DNA of 64,000 nt from an archaeon (GTDB lineage: Archaea > Asgardarchaeota > Thorarchaeia > Thorarchaeales > Thorarchaeaceae), in NCBI GenBank assembly GCA_024275415.1, contig JAJRZD010000043.1:10981-74980 (forward strand), written 5' to 3'. Both the position numbers and the translations under genes were made by a program. The notes under the pieces were generated by a model. The model was given only the letters and a program-made list of their open reading frames with translations, had not been told where the DNA came from and ran no database searches. Of the stretch, positions 57,772-64,000 are shown one piece after another; position 1 is the first letter of the stretch, and every line of letters begins with the position of its first letter.

Positions 57772-58668
57772 ATGTTGCAAACGACCCCACCTCTTTTCAG
57801 TAATGATCCCATAGGGTATATCTGGTTCTATCTCGGTCAGTTTGAGAGTGTCATACCGCTAGTGGCCTGGCTACTCGTTCTTGTTATCCTTTACTTTATC
57901 GTGATCAGGGTGTTAAAACGCACTCTACAGGCAATCGGGATGGGCCCTGGGGCATCAACAGGGATTGGCCTTGGAATCAGGTTGATATTCTTTATCATCG
58001 CAATCACGGTGGCGGTGGAATTGCTGCAACCAGATATTGCTGCATTCCTCTCACTCACAGCCATATTCGGTACGGCAATTGGTCTTGCCTTCTCGCAGGC
58101 ACTTGGAAACATTGTCAGTGGCTTCTATGTGCTTCTCGCAAGACCATTTCAGATTGGGGATTACGTACGAATTGGTAGTATCGAAGGGATAGTCAGCGAG
58201 ATAACACTCAACTACACACTAATCCTACTTCCAGATGAAACAAAACAATTCGTTCCCAACAGCCGGATAGTGACAAGTGAGGTAACGAACTTCCGTATCA
58301 ATATCAATGACTACATAGAAGCAACACAGGAGGGAACCGAAGAAGCCGAGAAGGACAGGACATATCGTAGCTATCTTAGAACTGCGATAAGGCAACTAAA
58401 GAAACTTGCCGAGGACGATGATGCGTACCGGTATACATTTGACCTGACCTACCACATGAGCTATGACCATGGCGAGCTCAGAGAACGCTTTGATAAGGTA
58501 TGTGATGATTGGAGTTCTATATTTCTGATCAGACCAACTTACCAAGTGTGGGCTGCTCCCAATGCTGGGCTGACGTATCGGTTTGCTATAATCGTACGAA
58601 ATCCAATGACAATTATCAAGCGGGTTTCAGATTTCATGAATGACCTGACTGTTGTGTATGACAAGTAG
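57772..58668 (+). CDS. MscS-family mechanosensitive channel.
   Basis: TM3-like helix, then the beta-domain motif RPFQIGDYVRIGSIEGIVSEITLNYT. Confidence 0.75.
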   Translation: MLQTTPPLFSNDPIGYIWFYLGQFESVIPLVAWLLVLVILYFIVIRVLKRTLQAIGMGPGASTGIGLGIRLIFFIIAITVAVELLQPDIAAFLSLTAIFGTAIGLAFSQALGNIVSGFYVLLARPFQIGDYVRIGSIEGIVSEITLNYTLILLPDETKQFVPNSRIVTSEVTNFRININDYIEATQEGTEEAEKDRTYRSYLRTAIRQLKKLAEDDDAYRYTFDLTYHMSYDHGELRERFDKVCDDWSSIFLIRPTYQVWAAPNAGLTYRFAIIVRNPMTIIKRVSDFMNDLTVVYDK

Positions 58669-58679
58669 TAGACGGAGGA

Positions 58680-59735
58680 TTGAAGATGATAGATTCTGGA
58701 AGTAAAGCAGGTCTTCCGCCGGGCACAATTGTCCATACGGGCCCAAAACGCGTGGACAGGACGAAAGTCCGGATCATTGACTACGATGCTGAGAACATGG
58801 ATGTCTTGCCAGACGAACCGATTGACCAATGCAAGCCATGTGAGGATGAGGGAAAGATCAGATGGATCCATGTCAACGGTGTACACGAAGTAGACAAGAT
58901 TGAGGAGATTGCAACCAATTTCGGGATACACCCTCTTGTCATTGAAGATATAGCAAGCACCATGCAGAGACCAAAAATCGAGATCCTGAGAGATAGCGTC
59001 TACATCGTTTTGAGGGGGTTCACGTACGACAAGAAGCAAGATGTCATCTTCTCTGAGCAGATCAGTATCATCCTTGGGAAAGGATACGTCCTTTCGTTCC
59101 AGGAGTCAGCAGACGACATCTTTGAACCCGTAATACGGCGACTCCTACATCAAGAGAGCCGATTGCGAACAGGTGAAACAGACTATCTTGCATATTCGCT
59201 GCTGGACCTCATCGTGGATTACTACTTTATTGTGCTTGAGATCATCGGCGACAAGATCGAGGCACTTGAGGACGAGATTGTCAACAGGGCCACTGAGGAC
59301 ATGCTGGGTGGGATATATGCCCTGAAGCGGAACCTTCTCCTCATGAAGAAATTCATTTGGCCTCTTGGTGAGGTCATCCTTCGATTCAACCGTGATGAAG
59401 CTTCCATGATAGAGGAAGAAACGCAGGTGTTCCTGAGAGACCTGTACGACCACGCCATCAGAGCGATAGACCATATAGAGATTTACAGGGACTCGCTTAC
59501 TGCCATGCTGGATATCTATCTGACGAGCATCAGCAACAAAATGAACGAGGTCATGAAGGTTCTCACGGTGATATCCACAGTATTCATCCCTATCACGTTC
59601 TTGGCATCTATCTATGGGATGAACTTCCCGATTCCGGAATATCAGTTCCAATACGGATACCCTGTGCTGTTGTTAGTGATGCTGGTTATCAGTCTCGTAT
59701 TGCTTGCATATTTCAGGCGTTTGAAATGGATATAG
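58680..59735 (+). CDS. corA: CorA magnesium/cobalt transporter.
   Basis: YGMNF (GMN motif) before the two C-terminal TM helices. Length is 351 aa. Confidence 0.85.
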   Translation: MKMIDSGSKAGLPPGTIVHTGPKRVDRTKVRIIDYDAENMDVLPDEPIDQCKPCEDEGKIRWIHVNGVHEVDKIEEIATNFGIHPLVIEDIASTMQRPKIEILRDSVYIVLRGFTYDKKQDVIFSEQISIILGKGYVLSFQESADDIFEPVIRRLLHQESRLRTGETDYLAYSLLDLIVDYYFIVLEIIGDKIEALEDEIVNRATEDMLGGIYALKRNLLLMKKFIWPLGEVILRFNRDEASMIEEETQVFLRDLYDHAIRAIDHIEIYRDSLTAMLDIYLTSISNKMNEVMKVLTVISTVFIPITFLASIYGMNFPIPEYQFQYGYPVLLLVMLVISLVLLAYFRRLKWI

Positions 59736-60232
59736 CTCTTGGAGGTAGAACAATGGAAAAGACTGTTGATGAATCGCGCACGACAATGACACAAGTAGTG
59801 TTCCCCAACGATGTGAACAACAATGGCACACTCTACGGAGGTAGGCTCTTAGACTGGATTGACACAATTGCAGGGATAGTTTCTAAGAGACATTGCCGGT
59901 CAAGTGTAGTGACAGCATCGATTGACTCGTTGAACTTCCTTAGCCCGATATACCAGCGTGATATTGTTAGTCTCGAATCATGGATAAATTATGTTGGACG
60001 AACCTCGATGGAGGTGGAGGTGAGAGTCACCTCTGAGAATCCGATAACTGGAGAGAAACGCAAGACATGCAGGGCGTTCCTGACTTACGTTTCTGTCGAT
60101 GAGAATGGCAAGCCAAAGGAGATTCCCAGATTACGCATTCAAACAGAAGAGGAAAAAGAAAGGTTCGAGTTGGCCAAGCAGAGGCGCGCGGAACGGATCA
60201 GGTCTCTCAAGCTTGAACCAACCGAATGGTAA
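59726..60232 (+). CDS. Acyl-CoA thioesterase (hotdog fold, YciA-like).
   Basis: FPNDVNNNGTLYGGRLLDWID pattern. It overlaps the corA 3' end by 10 nt, so the Met at 59753 is an alternative start. Confidence 0.7.
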   Translation: MDIALGGRTMEKTVDESRTTMTQVVFPNDVNNNGTLYGGRLLDWIDTIAGIVSKRHCRSSVVTASIDSLNFLSPIYQRDIVSLESWINYVGRTSMEVEVRVTSENPITGEKRKTCRAFLTYVSVDENGKPKEIPRLRIQTEEEKERFELAKQRRAERIRSLKLEPTEW

Positions 60233-60288
60233 CGCCCGCAAGGGACGACCATCCAAACCAATTGTTTTGTGCTAGTGAAGAGAAACCT

Positions 60289-61461
60289 CTATCTTCTTCT
60301 CTGCTTCACGACATAGAGCGCCGCTAACACGACAGGCAGTGCCACTATTGCGACCAGGTAGGGATTGGTCAGCCATGACTGCCAAGGCAAAGGTTCAGTG
60401 GTAGATGATGTGCCGTCGTCAGTCGTATAAAGGGTATAGTCTGGCAGTGTCGTGCGATCACCAGGACCGGGGAACTGAGATCCAATCTTGAGCACTCGGA
60501 AATCTGTGATGGATATCTGTGAATTGAATATCCAAGAAATCCCATCCTCGTCAGTTGGGAGCATACCTGCCCACGACTTGTCAGAACCAATCGGGTTGTA
60601 TGCGTAAAGCTGATGTCCACCGCCATTGTCACAAAGAAACATCCCGTACTCCTGTAGTGCTCTTGCAATGACTTTCCCGCTAGCAGGTATGTCTAGCGAA
60701 TCGATATCCATGGATGGGTCAAGCTGCAGACGAGTACCCTCTGGTATCGCCAACGGTTCATTCGACATCCCGTCACTTGTTGTGGCTGGACGAACAGCAC
60801 CACCAGATTTCACATAGAACCAATCTGTGGAATATGCCAATGCATGATCAATTTGCCCTCTCGCCACTTCATCGGGAAATATCAGACCAGCTGTAAGGGC
60901 GAACCCGGAGCCTCGTGCGCTCCAGCTATCCGTGAAGATGCCATCCGAGTCGAGGGATATCTTGTTCCCCCAAGTGGCGGTCCATCCAGATGAGGTTTTA
61001 TTCGCCTGCCAGAAGTCATATTCAATCCGTGTGTCATTGTCAACGATGGTCATATGTCCATCATCTTCAGGGTCAGGGACTGCGTTATCAGGGATAGGCA
61101 CCCCTTCCATGAAGTCCCATAAAACCCATTCATCGGTCAGATCGACATCGTATCGTGGTGTAGTCGAGTCTGCAAAGAATACGGGTACGCTCCATAGATC
61201 AATCCCAACAAATATCTCTCCTTCACTCATACTTCCTACCATGTTGTTGACAATCGCATCGGAGTTAGGCTCGATTGCCGCATTCTCTGGAATCTTGATA
61301 TTTAAAGGACTAGTGTCACGAAAAGGACGTTCTTCCCACGCATTCGATGCTAGAAGGAATCTATCAGGGAAACCTGATGCAGGTACTCCTGCCTCCGAAC
61401 TACTAACAATCGGTATAAGTAGGACGACAAGGAATATCAGCAGAGATATGTGTCGCTTCAT
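60289..61461 (-). CDS. Secreted surface-anchored hypothetical protein with an N-terminal signal peptide and a C-terminal TM anchor.
   Basis: Start chosen at MKRHISLLIFLVVLLIPIVSSSEAG. C-terminal PYLVAIVALPVVLAALYVVKQRRR. The listed ORF extends 40 codons further upstream. Confidence 0.5.
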   Translation of the reverse strand: MKRHISLLIFLVVLLIPIVSSSEAGVPASGFPDRFLLASNAWEERPFRDTSPLNIKIPENAAIEPNSDAIVNNMVGSMSEGEIFVGIDLWSVPVFFADSTTPRYDVDLTDEWVLWDFMEGVPIPDNAVPDPEDDGHMTIVDNDTRIEYDFWQANKTSSGWTATWGNKISLDSDGIFTDSWSARGSGFALTAGLIFPDEVARGQIDHALAYSTDWFYVKSGGAVRPATTSDGMSNEPLAIPEGTRLQLDPSMDIDSLDIPASGKVIARALQEYGMFLCDNGGGHQLYAYNPIGSDKSWAGMLPTDEDGISWIFNSQISITDFRVLKIGSQFPGPGDRTTLPDYTLYTTDDGTSSTTEPLPWQSWLTNPYLVAIVALPVVLAALYVVKQRRR

Positions 61462-61593
61462 TGAAAACAAATCCGAATGATACACGGCTGGAACGAAACG
61501 TAATAAACCTTCATCGTAAAGCCACTTAGCAGAAGCAAGACAAGTGCACATTGATGGTTGCCACTGCAGTATCACAAGCAATCAGCTGGATTC

Positions 61594-61938
61594 TTACGAC
61601 TCTTCTATTAGGTTCAGTACTTGTCGGGTGAATTGGGGGCCATCCTCAATGATTTGTGCTATTGCTGCATGAACAAGTTTTCTATCAATCACTTGATATT
61701 CATGGACTAAGATGTTCCGCATTCCGACTAGGTTAGCTAGACGAAATCCTAGTGATTTATCAATTACTTCATGTTGGACAAGTTTCAAAATACCTTCTTT
61801 ATAGGACGAAGGCGTTCCCCAACCTTTGGATGCTATGATGTGCCCAGCGATATCCAGAATTGCCTGAGCAATTATTTGGACACTCCGTTCAACGATGCGA
61901 ACATCTCTCCAACTTTGGATGAAGCAATTCAAACTCAT
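61594..61938 (-). CDS. hepT: HepT-like (DUF86) toxin of a HepT/MntA toxin-antitoxin pair.
   Basis: The R-x4-H-x-Y motif is present (GMRNILVHEY). Length is 114 aa. Confidence 0.75.
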   Translation of the reverse strand: MSLNCFIQSWRDVRIVERSVQIIAQAILDIAGHIIASKGWGTPSSYKEGILKLVQHEVIDKSLGFRLANLVGMRNILVHEYQVIDRKLVHAAIAQIIEDGPQFTRQVLNLIEES

Positions 61939-62015
61939 TTGTTCGAATTCCTTAAGATGTTCGATCTCAATTCTAATATGTTCTATCTTTCGGTATATGA
62001 TCTGGGCATCTATAG

Positions 62016-62450
62016 TTATGGTGACTTCCTCCTAAGAGACTCTTTGAGAATCTTGCCCGCCCATATGTTGTAATCCGGGTAGTATTTGATGACACTCTCA
62101 ACGAACCGCTCCCATGAGTTGTCCCTATTCAAGAGAACGCGCCCATCTCTAGCAATTCGGTATTTCAAGTCCCAGTCAACATCCTCTACCATGACAAGAT
62201 CCACTCTAGTTTGAGGACCGTTCAATGCAGCAATTAATTGCAACCTAATCGTATTGCGCTCTTGGAGGTCTTTCACATTTGTCTTGACTGCAACATCAGT
62301 ATCACTTAGGGCGTGGTCTGTCTGACGAGCTCTGGACCCGAATATGGTGATGAACTGAATCTGGTCATCGAACTCCTGTAGGATTGTCCTCTTTATTTCT
62401 TCAAAAGTTGGTTTCATCTCAAGATTACCTGCATATGTCAAATCGTTCAT
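62016..62450 (-). CDS. mntA: MntA-like minimal nucleotidyltransferase antitoxin.
   Basis: The nucleotidyltransferase motif is FGSRARQTDHALSDTDVAV (GS...D.D). It lies directly upstream of the HepT gene on the same strand. Confidence 0.7.
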   Translation of the reverse strand: MNDLTYAGNLEMKPTFEEIKRTILQEFDDQIQFITIFGSRARQTDHALSDTDVAVKTNVKDLQERNTIRLQLIAALNGPQTRVDLVMVEDVDWDLKYRIARDGRVLLNRDNSWERFVESVIKYYPDYNIWAGKILKESLRRKSP

Positions 62451-62643
62451 TCGGATACTGTGTCACATTCGCACACCGCTCTTATAATACTCACGACAGT
62501 CTATACCTTCGTTCAGAATCTAGAAATGATTGGATGATTAAAACTTGGTAAGATGTATATCCTGAGCAGCAGGTAATTCAGGTAGCGGTATAGCAAGTAC
62601 CATTACGTTTTTCGGTATCGGCCCTTCGGGATAATCGAATGAA

Positions 62644-63136
62644 ATGATTGTCATCAACATCTCAAATGTCAGCATCAGCATACTTTTCGAATATTTTGGC
62701 AGAATCTGGGAATTAGAATGGTATAAGACTTGGGCGTTGAATGAGAGGACAATTGGGTTCTTTGAGTTGAAGATAAAGCTGGGAAATTCACTCTGATTTC
62801 TTGATATTATAGTGGATCATGACAACCAGAAGAAGAAGTGTGACATTCTCCTAAGACAAAAGAATACAGGATCCTCCGCTGAATATAACAGATATTTTAA
62901 CAAGATGTGAAACCGTGTCATAAAAGAACTCAGGACATTATCGAAAAAGCATGAGTGGGAGATCAGACTAGAAACCGAACCTCATCAGGGTGTGGAATGT
63001 CCCAAATGCAGCACAGTCAATAACTATTCTGAGAACGAAGTAGGATTTGAGGGAGATGTCAATTGTCAAGACTATGGTGTCAAGTTTAACTTGTTCGAAT
63101 TATATGAGAATAGGACAGCAAGAGAGGGAGCAAAGA
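62644..63136 (+). pseudogene. Frameshift-decayed upstream paralog of the gene at 63488..>64000.
   Basis: Three consecutive frames each encode a piece similar to the downstream gene. The first is MIVINISNVSISILFEYFGRIWELEWYKT...FFELKIKLGNSL* (62644..62811). The second is IIVDHDNQKKKCDILLRQKN... The third is ...ELRTLSKKHEWEIRLETEPHQGVECPKCST...CQDYGVKFNLFELYE*, ending at 63136. The downstream gene reads MITIRISDVNISVLFEYLGNLKELEWYETF...FFELLIKQG...HHDNSQNDCRILIRH...ELRNLAQEHGWALRIEDETE...CPSCH...CQNCNNSFSVLKLY. Confidence 0.5.
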
Positions 63137-63487
63137 ATATCTAGAAGGCTGGTTTGATATTTCCAAACTCGTCCGAAAATTGAGTTGTGATTAAGTAGCG
63201 GGATTAGTTGGAAAATACTGAATATTGATCAGGGAAGACACGAATTGAAATGGAGATACAAACAAACAACACTGGACACAAGCGACATTCAATCCAATGA
63301 CCTAATTAATCGCATTGGTAGATTCTGTCAAACCCTCTCCATCTGTCCAGAACCTTTGCTTGCAGGGAAGAAGAAACTTACCAATCGTGTCATCAGGTAT
63401 GTTTGTCTAGCCTACTGACAATTGATTGCGGAATGTATCAGATAACCGCTATTTTTTTCTGCATCCAATCAAGTAGTATGTGAAGAA

Positions 63488-64000
63488 GATGATTACCATC
63501 AGAATCTCGGATGTTAATATCAGCGTCCTCTTTGAGTATTTGGGAAACCTGAAAGAGCTTGAGTGGTATGAAACTTTCTCGTTAAGTGAAGACACAGTTG
63601 GTTTCTTTGAGCTATTGATAAAACAAGGAATGTATGTATGGCTCCTACACGTGTTAGTCCACCATGACAACTCACAGAATGATTGCCGAATTCTCATAAG
63701 GCATGCTCCAAAGCCCTACACATTAGGATATTCTAGGCGTCCTAGGAAACTGCGCGAACGTATCATCAGAGAACTTAGAAATCTAGCTCAGGAGCATGGA
63801 TGGGCTCTTCGGATCGAGGACGAAACTGAAGCCGAACTTCATCTAAGTGTTAGATGTCCGAGCTGTCATGCAGTCTATTCATATCCCGAAGATAGGATTG
63901 ATCTTGACGGCAACGTCAAATGCCAGAACTGTAACAATTCCTTCAGTGTGCTCAAATTATACAAACCTATAGCAGCAAGCAAGAGCGGAAAGAATAGATA
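63488..64000 (+). CDS. Hypothetical protein with a C-terminal Cys4 zinc-ribbon (CPSC...CQNC). It is 3'-partial, running off the window end.
   Basis: Open frame from the ATG at 63488 to the window end, with no stop. It is not in the ORF track, presumably for that reason. It is the intact paralog of the decayed upstream copy. Confidence 0.5.

Noticed and set aside
63449-63697. 82-aa minus-strand ORF in the ORF track.
   Set aside because: It lies entirely antisense within the long open plus-strand frame (63488..>64000), which has a clear paralog upstream. This is most likely a shadow ORF.

Overview
The window reads as a gene-dense archaeal-type chromosomal segment of about 60 protein-coding genes on both strands. 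Many neighbours overlap by 4 nt, which suggests operons. I found no rRNA, tRNA, CRISPR array, IS element or transposase gene by eye. The archaeal assignment is an inference from several features together: a Tfx-family regulator, a SAMP-like beta-grasp protein ending in GG, an F420-type LLM oxidoreductase, an MtaA/URO-D-like protein, and surface proteins that pair a Sec signal peptide with a C-terminal TM anchor.

Recognisable content:
- Transport and metabolism: an APC amino-acid permease; a GlcD/GlcF-like FAD plus Fe-S (CCG-domain) 2-hydroxyacid dehydrogenase pair; a class I aminotransferase; a glycyl-radical enzyme of the 1,2-eliminase type next to a KDG-kinase/KDPG-aldolase pair; adenine deaminase; threonine/serine dehydratase; DinB-type polymerase; DprA and SfsA.
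- Regulation and signalling: a PadR regulator with a DUF1700-like polytopic membrane partner; two PAS histidine kinases, one a REC hybrid and one with a C-terminal thioredoxin-fold CxxC domain; an ArsR regulator with a P1B-type metal ATPase.
- Other modules: an Mrr-like type IV restriction enzyme; a HepT/MntA toxin-antitoxin pair; an NfeD-flotillin operon whose NfeD carries a His/Asp-rich coding tandem repeat; a TusA/DsrE sulfur-relay module; an ABC exporter; CorA, MscS and EamA transporters.

The most interesting unexplained items are:
- a translationally coupled pair of paralogous multi-Cys zinc-binding membrane proteins with permuted domain order (17338..19598);
- a glycyl-radical enzyme with no adjacent activase, in a sugar-acid context;
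- an orphan EutA-like ATPase beside an arrestin-like (Spo0M) protein;
- a tandem gene duplicate at the 3' end whose upstream copy is frameshift-decayed while the downstream copy runs off the window.

All functional calls come from motif and architecture recognition by eye. None is supported by a database search.
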